Source: Armatimonadota bacterium (lineage in GTDB: Bacteria > Armatimonadota > Fimbriimonadia > Fimbriimonadales > GBS-DC). From it: a stretch of DNA of 64,000 nt. The stretch is from assembly GCA_037442365.1 (NCBI GenBank), contig JBBIQK010000001.1, positions 37,797-101,796 on the forward strand, given 5' to 3'. The notes beneath the pieces are model-generated. The model did no database searches and was not told where the DNA came from. It saw nothing but the letters and a program-made list of their open reading frames with translations. Shown piece by piece: positions 51,746-61,216 of this stretch; the first letter of the stretch is position 1; every line of letters begins with the position of its first letter. The position numbers and the translations under genes were made by a program.

Positions 51746-52552
51746 TTACGGACGCATCGTGTAGGGCGACTCGTACATTTTGAACGAGTCGACCGTCTTC
51801 ACATTCCCGGTCAGGAACAGCACGATGTCGCTCTTGGCGCGTGTCGGTACATTTCCATTATAAGAACGATGATAGCTGCACCAGGTGACCACAGCCGTCG
51901 TGTCAGGAGTGCGATAGCCAAGTTGGCGCGGGTTGTCGGTCGGCTTCGGACCCACTGGTCCGTCAAAGTAGCCTAAGCCATAGTTTGTTGCCCCTCCGTT
52001 CTGCTGGTTTTCTACCTGATTCAACGCCTGATTGGACCAGAAAAGCGTGTAGCGCAGTTCGTGATTGTTGCTCTGCCCGATGCGCCCTGTAGAGTAGCTG
52101 TCGTAGCGATAGAAGCAAACCACAGGGCTGCTGGCGTCGCCCGGGCGCAGGCGCACCGGTTGCCCCGCCAGCGCGTGTCCCTGCGGATAGACCGCCTGTG
52201 TGATGACACGCTTGTCGTCGATGGGGTTGTTCGGGCAATAGAAAATCTCATCGTTGTTCTGCAGATAGCTTCCCAGAGGCTTCGGGGCGAGGTTGAACGG
52301 AACCGCGTTCGCGGGATTACAGGTCAGGTTCCCGCTCGCATCCACAGCATACGCGCCCAGCACAGGCGGATAGGCGCGATAGTCGTCTTTGTACGCCTGC
52401 AACGCCACGAAAATCTGCTGCAGATTCGACGAACACCGACTTTTGCGGGCGTTCTCGCGCACCGTGCCCGCCACGGGAAAGATAATCGCCGCCAGAATGG
52501 CGATTATCGCAATCACCGTCAGCAACTCCACCAGCGTAAATCCGCGTCTCAT
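51746..52552 (-). CDS. prepilin-type N-terminal cleavage/methylation protein (GspG/DUF1559-style pilin), 268 aa
   Basis: MRRG|FTLVELLTVIAIIAILAAIIFPV...CSSNLQQIFVALQAYKDDY plus a C-terminal ...SYH...LFLTGNV segment resemble the abundant PVC/Armatimonadota pilin-like family. Confidence 0.85.
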   Translation of the reverse strand: MRRGFTLVELLTVIAIIAILAAIIFPVAGTVRENARKSRCSSNLQQIFVALQAYKDDYRAYPPVLGAYAVDASGNLTCNPANAVPFNLAPKPLGSYLQNNDEIFYCPNNPIDDKRVITQAVYPQGHALAGQPVRLRPGDASSPVVCFYRYDSYSTGRIGQSNNHELRYTLFWSNQALNQVENQQNGGATNYGLGYFDGPVGPKPTDNPRQLGYRTPDTTAVVTWCSYHRSYNGNVPTRAKSDIVLFLTGNVKTVDSFKMYESPYTMRP

Positions 52553-52615
52553 GATCGTGCCCCTCTGTCCTCGCTGCCTTAGACTGCACAGCGGTTATTA
52601 TGGTTCCCGTCCTAA

Positions 52616-53926
52616 TTATGACACACCCGACGGGTTTCCTGCTGTCTGGAGAGGGACCTCGCGCACGGGGCGCAGCAGGAACGCCGACGCGAGGAAGTAA
52701 ATCGGCGCGAGCGCGAAAATCCAGCGCCAGCCCGCGCCCAGCCCGTACTGCGCGTTCCAGTAGTCGCCCAGCGGACCCGCAATCAGCGGCGCAATCACCT
52801 GCGGCATGGTCATCGCGATGTGCCAGATTGCCATGTAGCGCCCCGATTCCTGCGGCGGGACGAGGTTGCTCGCCAGCGCCCAGTCCACCGCCGCATACGC
52901 GCCCCATGCGACCCCGAACAGCGCGCCTGTCAGGTACACCCATGCGAGGTTTTGCGCCGTCAGAAACATCGCCGCGCACACACAGATTAGCGCGATGCAC
53001 CCGTAGATGATGCGCTTTTTGCTCATTCGGTCGGCAAGCGCGCCCGCCAGCCAGTTGCCCAGCACGCCCGTGAGCGTCGCCGTCGCCATGAAGCCGAACG
53101 CATGCTGCGGCGCGGCGCCCTTCAGCCCAATCGTGTCGCGCAGATAGAACTCCAGAAAGAACAGCGCGGTGAAAAAGCCCATGTTGAACACGAATCGCGA
53201 AAGCACCACCCAGCGGAAGTTGGGCTGCTCGTTCAACAGGATGTTCACAAACAGCGTCCAGCGCAGGCGTTTCTCGTCGGGCGTGCGCGGCTGCCACTGC
53301 GGTTCGCGCATGCCCAGCACCGTCCACAGCATGGTCAGAAGTAGGAAGCCGACCAGCGTGTACCCCACAATTTGCAGGCGCACACCCCGCTCCAGCTGTC
53401 CGCCCAGCAGCGGCGGCTCGCCCAGCAGCGCGCCCGCCAGCGCCAGCCCCAGCAGCGTGCCCAGCAGCGTCATCATCCCCATGTACGCCGACGCCAGCCC
53501 GTGCCGCTGCGGGGGCACATAGTCGGGAATCACCGCCTGATAGGGACCGTTTGCCCAGTTCAGAAACAGTTGAATCGCCACAAAGTGCAGAATCAGCAGC
53601 GCGAAGCTCTGCGTCGTCATAAACAGCACGACGAACGGCAGGCTCAGCAGCGTGCCCCACAGGATAAACGGGCGTCGCCTGCCCATCCGCGCCGTGCAGC
53701 GGTCGCTGATGGGTCCTGCAACGAGTTCGATTACGGTCGAGATCAGCGCGCCCGCCGCCGCCAGCCACGCCAGATACGCTCCGCGCTGGTCGGGCGGCGC
53801 GAGGTCGTTCACCCGCGCCTGCATCGCAATCGTCAGGAACGCCGCCCAGTGAACGCTCACGCCCAGCCAGAACGCGCTGAGCGCCCAGTAGTTGATGCGT
53901 CCGTGCATCGGGGCGGGCGTTTGCAT
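52616..53926 (-). CDS. MFS transporter
   Basis: 436 aa, about 12 TM segments, with loop motifs of the form D(R)xGRR (SDRCTARMGRRRPF). Confidence 0.8.
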   Translation of the reverse strand: MQTPAPMHGRINYWALSAFWLGVSVHWAAFLTIAMQARVNDLAPPDQRGAYLAWLAAAGALISTVIELVAGPISDRCTARMGRRRPFILWGTLLSLPFVVLFMTTQSFALLILHFVAIQLFLNWANGPYQAVIPDYVPPQRHGLASAYMGMMTLLGTLLGLALAGALLGEPPLLGGQLERGVRLQIVGYTLVGFLLLTMLWTVLGMREPQWQPRTPDEKRLRWTLFVNILLNEQPNFRWVVLSRFVFNMGFFTALFFLEFYLRDTIGLKGAAPQHAFGFMATATLTGVLGNWLAGALADRMSKKRIIYGCIALICVCAAMFLTAQNLAWVYLTGALFGVAWGAYAAVDWALASNLVPPQESGRYMAIWHIAMTMPQVIAPLIAGPLGDYWNAQYGLGAGWRWIFALAPIYFLASAFLLRPVREVPLQTAGNPSGVS

Positions 53927-53936
53927 CGCTGTTATG

Positions 53937-54662
53937 TCAGTCGCTCAATCCATACACCGGTATCGCCGCGCCGTGAATGGCGCGCGCGGCGGGCGAACAG
54001 AGGAACATGATGACCGCGCCCAGCGCATCCGGGGCAACCCAGCGCGAGAAGTCGGCGTCGGGACGCGCCGCGCGGTTGGCAGGCGTGTCAATCGTGCCCG
54101 GCAAAACGCAGTTCACATTCACGCCATGCTCTTTCAGCTCGGCGGAGAGCGCTTCGGTAAGACGAATCACGCCCGCTTTGGCGGCGCAGTAGCCTGCGCC
54201 GCCTGCAAACGCCGCCAGCCCCGCCCTGCCCGACACATGCACGATAGCGCCGCCGCCCGACCGAATCAGCAGCGGCGCTATCGCCCGCGAGACCAGAAAC
54301 GCCGTGCGCAGGTTCATCGTCAGCATCAACTCCCAGTCATCCAGCGGCGTCTCATGCACGGGCGGACCCGCCACATAGCCGCCGACGGTGTTCACCAGCG
54401 CGTCCAGCCTGCCGAACCGCTCGTCGACGGCACGCGCGAGGCGGTCGCAATCGTCGGGCTGGCGCAGGTCTATCCCGCCGACAAGCAGGTGTTGCGGGTC
54501 CAGGGCAAGTTCGGCGAACCTCTGGCTCAGCGCGGCGTCCTCACGGGCGCATAGGGCGAGCGTCGCCCCCGCCTGATGGAACTGGCGCACGACCGCCTGC
54601 CCCAGCGCGCCCGTCGCGCCCGTAATCAGCGCCACCTTGCCCGTGAAGTCGAACGCGACCAT
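53937..54662 (-). CDS. SDR-family oxidoreductase
   Basis: TGATGALG Rossmann motif and a YCAAK catalytic Tyr/Lys motif. 241 aa. Confidence 0.85.
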   Translation of the reverse strand: MVAFDFTGKVALITGATGALGQAVVRQFHQAGATLALCAREDAALSQRFAELALDPQHLLVGGIDLRQPDDCDRLARAVDERFGRLDALVNTVGGYVAGPPVHETPLDDWELMLTMNLRTAFLVSRAIAPLLIRSGGGAIVHVSGRAGLAAFAGGAGYCAAKAGVIRLTEALSAELKEHGVNVNCVLPGTIDTPANRAARPDADFSRWVAPDALGAVIMFLCSPAARAIHGAAIPVYGLSD

Positions 54663-55876
54663 CAGCCCTCGGCGTCCTCCGCGAACGGATAGGTCGGCAG
54701 ATTGATGCGCAGCGGCTTGTCCACGCGATAGCCCAGCGCGTAGTCCGCCTGCAGCAGCGTGTGAATCTCCGAAGTGCCCTCGTAGATGGTCGCGCCCTTA
54801 CTGTTGCGATAGAACCGCTCCACGGGGTACTCGTCGGAGAAGCCGTAGGAGCCGAACACCTGCACGGCGGCGTTGGCGGCGCGCTGTGCGGCGTCCGTGC
54901 TGTACCACTTCGCCAGCGAGGTCTCGCGCGTGTTGCGCATACCGACATTCTTCATCCAGCCGACCTTCTGGTACAGCAGCACGCTAATCTGGTAGTCCGC
55001 CTCCATCTGCGCGATTTTCTGCTTGATGAGCTGATGCTCCGCCAGCGGCGCGCCGAAGGTTTTGCGCTCTTTGGCGTAGCGCACCGATTCGTCGAGGCAC
55101 GCGCGGATCAGCCCCGCCGCGCCCGCCGCGACGGTGTAGCGCCCCTGATCGAGCGCGAACATCGCGATTTTGAAGCCCTCGCCTTCCTCGCCGATGCGGT
55201 TCTCGACGGGGACTTCCACATTCTCAAACACCACGCCGCCCGTGTTGCCCGCGCGCACGCCGAGCTTGCCCTTGAGCGTGTAGGGCTTGACACCTGCGCG
55301 CTCGCGCTCCACGAAAAACGCGCTCATGCCCGAATGGTCGCGTTTGGCTTTCTTGTCGGGGTCGGTCCACGCCACCACAAGGTACTGGTCGGCGACTTCC
55401 GCCAGCGAAATCCAGATTTTCTCGCCGTTCAGAATATAGCGGTCGCCCTCGCGTCGGGCGGTAGATTGCATGCCGACCACATCGCTGCCCGCGTTTGGTT
55501 CGGTCAGACAGAACGCGCCGAGCCGCTCGCCCCGCGCCTGCGGCGCGAGAAACCGCCGCTTCTGCTCCTCGTTGCCCCACGCCATCAGCGTCATCGCGGT
55601 CAAGCCCACATGCACCGACAGCACCACCCGCAAAAATGTGTCGCCGTACTCCAGCTCCTCGCAGGCAATCCCCAGCGCGATGTAGTCCAGTCCCGAGCCG
55701 CCCCACTTGCGCGGCACGCAGATGCCCAGTAGCCCGAGGTCTGCCAGTCGCTGGTATACTTTGGGGTCTGCGCCGTGCCGATCCCACTCGCGGATATGGG
55801 GCTTAATTTCGTTCTCTACAAAGCGGCGCACGGTCTCGCGCACCATCAAATGCTCCTCGGATAGCCGAAAGTCCAT
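54662..55876 (-). CDS. acyl-CoA dehydrogenase
   Basis: Has the N, middle and C ACAD domains, TEPNAGSD, and a catalytic-base context YEGTSEI. Confidence 0.9.
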   Translation of the reverse strand: MDFRLSEEHLMVRETVRRFVENEIKPHIREWDRHGADPKVYQRLADLGLLGICVPRKWGGSGLDYIALGIACEELEYGDTFLRVVLSVHVGLTAMTLMAWGNEEQKRRFLAPQARGERLGAFCLTEPNAGSDVVGMQSTARREGDRYILNGEKIWISLAEVADQYLVVAWTDPDKKAKRDHSGMSAFFVERERAGVKPYTLKGKLGVRAGNTGGVVFENVEVPVENRIGEEGEGFKIAMFALDQGRYTVAAGAAGLIRACLDESVRYAKERKTFGAPLAEHQLIKQKIAQMEADYQISVLLYQKVGWMKNVGMRNTRETSLAKWYSTDAAQRAANAAVQVFGSYGFSDEYPVERFYRNSKGATIYEGTSEIHTLLQADYALGYRVDKPLRINLPTYPFAEDAEG

Positions 55877-55935
55877 AAAAACGCCTCCTTCGCGGGAGAT
55901 TGTACCCGACGCGCGCTGGGGGTATGCTTTTAATA

Positions 55936-57045
55936 ATGCGCCTGCTGGATCGGTTGATACTGCGCGAGCTGTTGCCCCCGCTCTTTTTCGGCGTCGGATT
56001 GTTCACCGCGCTGGTGTTTGCGGGGGGCTATGTGTTTATGATTACCGAGTACGCGGTGAAGGGCGCGCCGCTGCGACTGGTGATTGAACTGGCGTTGCTG
56101 TATCTGCCGCAGATTGCCGTGCGCACGCTGCCGATGGGCATGCTGCTGGCGACGCTGCTGAGTTTCGGGCGGCTCTCGTCGGACTGGGAGATTACGGCGG
56201 CGCGCGCGGCGGGGGTGAGCCTGCGGCGGCTGATGATGCCCGTGTTCTGGCTGAGCCTGCTGGTGAGCCTCGCGGCGATTGGCTTCAACGAGACGCTCGT
56301 GCCCTGGGCGACCGCCCGCGCCGCCGAAATCCGCAAGGGCATTCTGGAGCAGTTGCGCCTGACCGAGCAGGAGGCGTTCGGCTTCCCCCAGTTCCGCGAG
56401 GGCAGGCTCGATTCGTATGTGATTGTGGCGGGCGGGCGCAACCCCCAGACGCAGGAGCTGTACCAGCTCACCCTGCTCAAGTACCCATCAAGCGGGGCGC
56501 GCGCGCCGGAGGTGGTGCTGTACGCCCAGCGCGCCCAGTGGGACGGCGAGGCGCACTGGACGCTCTACAACGGCTGGTGGCGCACTGCCGACGGGCAATA
56601 CGGCTCGTTCGTGGTGTTCCGCGCCGAGCCGCGCCTGAACCTCGCCATCCAGCGCACCCCCGTGCAGATTGAGGCGCTGCTGACGAATGTCGACGAGCGC
56701 TCCTTCCGCCAGCTGCGCGAGCAAATCGCCTTTTTCCAGCGCGAAGGGGCGGACGAGGCGCACATCCGCCAGCTGATGGTGGAACTCTACAATAAAATTA
56801 ATGTACCGCTCGCGAGCCTGGTGTTCGCGTTGCTGGGCGCGCCGCTGGGCATCCGCCCACAGCGTTCCAGCCCTGCCAGCGGGTTTGCGCTCAGCGTAGC
56901 GATTATCTTCCTCTATTGGGTGGCGGCGCGTTATCTGGTGATTCTGGGGCGCGGCGCGATAGACCCTCTGCTCGCCAGCAGCCTGCCCAACCTGATTGGG
57001 ATGGCGCTTGCGGTGTGGTTCATCGCGCGCAAGGAGCGGGCGTAG
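55936..57045 (+). CDS. LptF/LptG (YjgP/YjgQ) family permease
   Basis: MRLLDRLILRELLPPLFFGVGLFT... is the typical family N-terminus. Six TM helices with a periplasmic beta-jellyroll insert. An alternative start lies at 55900. Confidence 0.8.
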   Translation: MRLLDRLILRELLPPLFFGVGLFTALVFAGGYVFMITEYAVKGAPLRLVIELALLYLPQIAVRTLPMGMLLATLLSFGRLSSDWEITAARAAGVSLRRLMMPVFWLSLLVSLAAIGFNETLVPWATARAAEIRKGILEQLRLTEQEAFGFPQFREGRLDSYVIVAGGRNPQTQELYQLTLLKYPSSGARAPEVVLYAQRAQWDGEAHWTLYNGWWRTADGQYGSFVVFRAEPRLNLAIQRTPVQIEALLTNVDERSFRQLREQIAFFQREGADEAHIRQLMVELYNKINVPLASLVFALLGAPLGIRPQRSSPASGFALSVAIIFLYWVAARYLVILGRGAIDPLLASSLPNLIGMALAVWFIARKERA

Positions 57046-57069
57046 GGGGCGGTTCGAGTAGTCCTTCTC

Positions 57070-57765
57070 TTACCTCGCAGCGCCCTGCCCCAGAATCAGC
57101 AGCGCGTCCAGCGTCAACTGCACCGCCCAGTGAACCCAGAAGCAGGGCAGGAATGACTTCACGCGCAACGCCACCCAGCTCAGCGCGAACGCTGCGGGGA
57201 TCGAGCCCAGCACTTCGGGTAGCGGCTTGCCGTAGTGCAACAGGGCGAACGCCGCCGCCTGCAGCCCTATCCCCCACCAGCCCAGCCAGCGGTACAGCCC
57301 GAAGGTGAGAAACCCGCGAAAGAAGAACTCCCAGCAGAACAGGTAGTAGCCGTAGGCGATGCTGAAGTAGACGGCGTAGGCGGGGTCGGTCAACACGCGC
57401 TTGTCCAGCGGGTAGTAGGCGCGGAACTCCGGGCGCTGCGCTACATAGTACAGAATCGGCAGCATCAGCAGGTACATCCCCAGCGCGAGCAGCGCGCCCT
57501 GCTTGCCGTCGCCCCGCGCCAGCCCGTACTGGCTCAGCTCGCCCTTGCCGAAAAACGCCAGCGACAACACCGGCAGCCACAGCAGCCAGAGGGAGCTGAC
57601 CACGATGTATTCGTTCCAGTCGCGGTAGGCGGCAGGCTCGCTTCCCAACCCCAGCCAGCGGAGCGCGCTGACCGTGTACGGCTGCTGGTAGTAGAGGAAC
57701 AGGAACAGCACCGCCAGTCCGCCGACGACGATAACCTCCCACTCGGTGCGCTTGCCGTGCGTCAT
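57070..57765 (-). CDS. CPBP (CAAX/Abi) family intramembrane metalloprotease
   Basis: Motifs CWEFFFRGF, FALLH and a trailing ...HWAVQ. ATG 57765 overlaps the upstream stop (ATGA). The longer ORF extending to 58203 was rejected. Confidence 0.8.
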   Translation of the reverse strand: MTHGKRTEWEVIVVGGLAVLFLFLYYQQPYTVSALRWLGLGSEPAAYRDWNEYIVVSSLWLLWLPVLSLAFFGKGELSQYGLARGDGKQGALLALGMYLLMLPILYYVAQRPEFRAYYPLDKRVLTDPAYAVYFSIAYGYYLFCWEFFFRGFLTFGLYRWLGWWGIGLQAAAFALLHYGKPLPEVLGSIPAAFALSWVALRVKSFLPCFWVHWAVQLTLDALLILGQGAAR

Positions 57766-60398
57766 GGCGCAGGTTCCTGAACCACGCGGTAGCGGATTTC
57801 GTACACGCGCTGCTTGCCGCTGTAGCCGCCAATCAGCGCGAGCGTGCCAATCGGCTGCGATGGGTTCGGGTCGCGGGCGTACAGGATGGGCTTGCCGTCG
57901 AACAGCGCCCACAGTACGCCCCCACGCCGTGAGAACTGCAGCGTGTGCCGTCCGGGGATCATCATCTGCTCGGCGCTGCTGGTCTCCGCGCCGAAGAGTC
58001 GGAACCGCGTGCGCGTGTTGGCGTACCCGCCCACGAACAGGATGTAGTCGCGTCCGGCGTTCATCTCCGATTCGCGCGTACTGGGCAAAAACGCCGCAAG
58101 GATGCCGTCCTGCACGGCTTCCAGCTCCACCCACAGGTCGAACTCCCGCGCGTTCAGCCCAGTAATGCGCAGGTGCGACTCGTTGTGCCCGTCGTATGCC
58201 CACGCGCCGTTGCGCACTTCCCAGCCCGCGCCGATGTGCAAGCCTTCGGCGTTCTGGGGGGTCAGCACGCGGGTCGCCTGCTCGCGCGTGAGCTGGGACG
58301 GCGCGCCCGACGGCAGCGGCAGCGCGCCCATCGGCTCCTGCAACAGGCAGTAGAACACATCATACGGCTCGTACACCGAGTAGCCCGCACCTGACGGCTT
58401 GTAGAGGTCTATCGAAACGCCCAGCTCGCGCCCGCCGCCCATCCAGAACCACGGACTCTCACCGCCGTTGGGCACGGCAAGCTCGATCACGGTTGTGCGG
58501 TCGCGTCGGCGGGACGCCTTCCACTGCAGCCACGCGGGTGCGTCGCGCCCCTGCACGCGCAGGCTTACTTCGCTCCCGTTGCGAATGTCCACAAATAGCA
58601 CCGAATCGGTCGAGTAGACGCCCTTGCCCTCGATGTCGAGGCTCATGTGCAGTCGCTCCCACTCGCCCGTGATTTCGAACAGCGCGTAGTAGGCGTCCCC
58701 GTCATGGCAATGCTTGACGGTCAGGCGTGTCCCGTCGGCGTCCCGCTCGCCTGCGGGCGGGATGGCGTCCCACTCGCTGGGGTCGCCGTCCACCGTCGCG
58801 CGGGCGTACCACACAAACGGCTGCCATGGGTAGAGCGGATAGGGGTCTACCGTGTCGGGCAGTCCGTCGCCGTCCTGATCGGTTTTGCGCGGGTCGGGCA
58901 TGCGCGACTGCCAGCGCGGTTTGACGAAGGTGAACTGCAGCGGCGCGGGCGCCCAGGTGCTGAGCATCGCCTTGTGCAGGTCGTTCATCTGCCCGTCGGT
59001 CATGGCGCGGCGCGGGTCGGCGCCGAAGCGTTTCTCATCCAGCGGCAGGCGCGGGTCGTCGTCGGGGAAGCCGTCGCCGTCCGCATCGCGCACGGTGATG
59101 AGCTCGCCGAAGTAGAGGCGCAGCCACTGCGCGTCGCTCAGCGTGCGGTCCCAGTACGCCATCACATTCCAGTGTTCGCCGTGCCTGCCCGCCGTACTCC
59201 ATGCATTCATCGCGACGCTGCCATCGGGGTTTTTGCGTCGGTAGCGCGGGTCAGGATGGTTGAACACGATGCGCTCGTCCTCGCGGTTCGCCAGCGAGAA
59301 TGCGCCGAACGACTCCATCTGGTGATGGAACTCATGTGCGACCAGCCATGCGGTGTCGCCCCCGCCGAGAAACTGGCTGCGCGCGGGGACGCCATCGGGA
59401 AAGCTGTCCACGCCGTAGGTGCCGCCGCCGCTATTGTAGAACTCCCAGCGTTGCGTTTGCGCGTTCCAGCGGCGCGGAAACGCCTGCTCAATCTGCCCGG
59501 CGTAGGGCTTCTCCTCGAACACAGGCTCGGTAGTCGTGCGCAGGGGGTTCGCTGTATCCACAATTGTGAACGCGCCTCCGCCCGGCGGCGCGAAGTCCAC
59601 GCCGGGGTACGAGCGGCACACGGGCAATCCCTTATAAAAGCCCGTCGCCTGCGGCGGCTCGTCGCCCCAGCGTTGCCAGCGGTCGTCCACGAAAATCTGG
59701 AAGTCCACCCAGAAACGCATCCCGCTGTTGACCCAGAAGTAGCGCGCGGCGATAGCGTACTCCTCGCGGATGCGCGCCAGCTCGGCGTCCGACATCGGCG
59801 GGGGTGGCGGAGCGGGGTTGTCGGGATTCTGATACGCCGACGCGACATTCACCACATTCGGCATCAGCAGCACCTTCACGGGCAGGCGGATAATGGTCTT
59901 GTAGCCCGCGGGGGCGAGAGTCGCGAAGGCGTACTCGCGTCGCCAGGGCGGGTTCGCGCCCCAGCGTCGCTCCTCGGGAGTTGGCTGCAGGTCAGGGTCG
60001 TAAACGCGATAGTAGTAGCGCTTGCCCGGTTGCAGCCCGCTGATGCGCAGGCGGTGATAGGTGCGTTTGCCCGGCTCGCCCTGCACGATGCGCACGCCTG
60101 CGCCCTGCCACAGGTCGATGCGCTTGCCTTCGGGACGCCACGCCGCCGCGGGCAGGTCGCTCTGCCGAATCTGCACGCGCGTCTCGGTCGGCGTGCGCGT
60201 GTGGTACTGCAACACCACAGAGTCGCGCCCAATCTCCATCACGGGGCGCATCGGGTCGTGCAACGGGCGCGTGTCGCCCTGCGGCATGCCCCACGCGGGG
60301 GAACACAGCCTCAGGAAAAGCGCAGCGCTAATAGCAAGATAGACTCCGCACACGGACGGCTTAGGTCGCCGCCGCTGAACTGGCTGACGCATGTTCAA
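57762..60398 (-). CDS. secreted multi-domain putative zinc metallopeptidase-like protein
   Basis: Has a signal peptide. The N-terminal Fn3/purple-acid-phosphatase-N-like module ends in GKRYYYRV. HEFHH lies at 59322..59336. Two DxDGDG acidic loops lie at 59055..59087 and 58845..58880. The C-terminal modules look CBM9-like and DUF1080/LamG-like. Confidence 0.7.
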   Translation of the reverse strand: MNMRQPVQRRRPKPSVCGVYLAISAALFLRLCSPAWGMPQGDTRPLHDPMRPVMEIGRDSVVLQYHTRTPTETRVQIRQSDLPAAAWRPEGKRIDLWQGAGVRIVQGEPGKRTYHRLRISGLQPGKRYYYRVYDPDLQPTPEERRWGANPPWRREYAFATLAPAGYKTIIRLPVKVLLMPNVVNVASAYQNPDNPAPPPPPMSDAELARIREEYAIAARYFWVNSGMRFWVDFQIFVDDRWQRWGDEPPQATGFYKGLPVCRSYPGVDFAPPGGGAFTIVDTANPLRTTTEPVFEEKPYAGQIEQAFPRRWNAQTQRWEFYNSGGGTYGVDSFPDGVPARSQFLGGGDTAWLVAHEFHHQMESFGAFSLANREDERIVFNHPDPRYRRKNPDGSVAMNAWSTAGRHGEHWNVMAYWDRTLSDAQWLRLYFGELITVRDADGDGFPDDDPRLPLDEKRFGADPRRAMTDGQMNDLHKAMLSTWAPAPLQFTFVKPRWQSRMPDPRKTDQDGDGLPDTVDPYPLYPWQPFVWYARATVDGDPSEWDAIPPAGERDADGTRLTVKHCHDGDAYYALFEITGEWERLHMSLDIEGKGVYSTDSVLFVDIRNGSEVSLRVQGRDAPAWLQWKASRRRDRTTVIELAVPNGGESPWFWMGGGRELGVSIDLYKPSGAGYSVYEPYDVFYCLLQEPMGALPLPSGAPSQLTREQATRVLTPQNAEGLHIGAGWEVRNGAWAYDGHNESHLRITGLNAREFDLWVELEAVQDGILAAFLPSTRESEMNAGRDYILFVGGYANTRTRFRLFGAETSSAEQMMIPGRHTLQFSRRGGVLWALFDGKPILYARDPNPSQPIGTLALIGGYSGKQRVYEIRYRVVQEPAP

Positions 60399-60454
60399 CG
60401 GGTTCGCGGGCAGGGGCGCGATTCCTGCCCTCTATCCCTTGCACGAAGGCGTGT

Positions 60455-61123
60455 CTACTCTGGCTCGATGCCGAGTTCACGCAGTTTCTGGGCGAGGCGC
60501 TCCGCCCGCGCGCGCTCCTGTTCCGCACGCTGGCGCTCCTGCTCCAGTAAAGTCGCCAGCCCCTCATAAGTCCGAAAACGCTCCCCATCGGGGCGCGTCA
60601 GCACCAGCTCCCCACCCTCGATGTCAAAATGAATCCCCAGCAACGGACTGACCCAGCCGCGCATTTGCTTAATCGGCTGCAAGTGCCCCGACTCGTCCCG
60701 AATGTAGCCGTACAGCTCGCCCCGATCGGGGTCGTACAGGTAATACTCCTGCACCCCAAAACGCTCATAAAACAAACTCTTGTCCGTCATCTCGCTGGGC
60801 GTGTTGCTCGGCGAGAGGATTTCGAACACCACCTGCGGCGGTTGGTTGCCCTCCTCCCACTGGCGGTACGAGTCGCGGTCGCCTTTGGGACGCCCGAACA
60901 CCACCATCACATCGGGGGCAGTGCGGGTTTTGTTGTCGCCTTCGATGGGGTACCAGAACAGGTCGCTGGCGACGAACACATCATCGCGGTTCTGGAACAT
61001 CGAGGCGAGACCGCCCTGAATGGTGACGATCCAGCGGTACTGTCGTGTGTTTTGCGCCATCGGCTCCCCGTCGCTGGAGGGATACTCGATAGCGGGCTGT
61101 GTTCCTGCCGTTGTGAGCGCCAT
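60455..61123 (-). CDS. Uma2-family (DUF820) endonuclease with coiled-coil tail
   Basis: Layout SSDGEPMA..., APDVMVV and VVFEILSPSN is the Uma2 PD-(D/E)XK arrangement. The C-terminus is EQERQRAEQERARAERLAQKLRELG. Confidence 0.8.
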   Translation of the reverse strand: MALTTAGTQPAIEYPSSDGEPMAQNTRQYRWIVTIQGGLASMFQNRDDVFVASDLFWYPIEGDNKTRTAPDVMVVFGRPKGDRDSYRQWEEGNQPPQVVFEILSPSNTPSEMTDKSLFYERFGVQEYYLYDPDRGELYGYIRDESGHLQPIKQMRGWVSPLLGIHFDIEGGELVLTRPDGERFRTYEGLATLLEQERQRAEQERARAERLAQKLRELGIEPE

Positions 61124-61216
61124 AACGCGGACCTCCTCGCCTTAATATACCCCGTAGCCAGGCAGGAGTTCCAACGATTCTGGAGAATTGTTGCCCACGC
61201 AGGAGGCACACAGGTT

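Noticed and set aside
57766-58203. N-terminal 146 aa of the 377-aa ORF containing the CPBP protease
   Set aside because: It overlaps the 3' end of the 878-aa gene in another frame. ATG 57765 gives a normal CPBP N-terminus and an ATGA coupling junction.
58647-60569. 640-aa plus-strand ORF
   Set aside because: Antisense to the 878-aa HExxH protein gene and the following intergenic region. Low-complexity Arg/Ala/Val composition.
60629-61216. N-terminal 196 aa of the 579-aa ORF 60629..62368
   Set aside because: This part is antisense to the Uma2 gene. An AGGAGG RBS precedes ATG 61217, and the DUF2961 similarity starts there.
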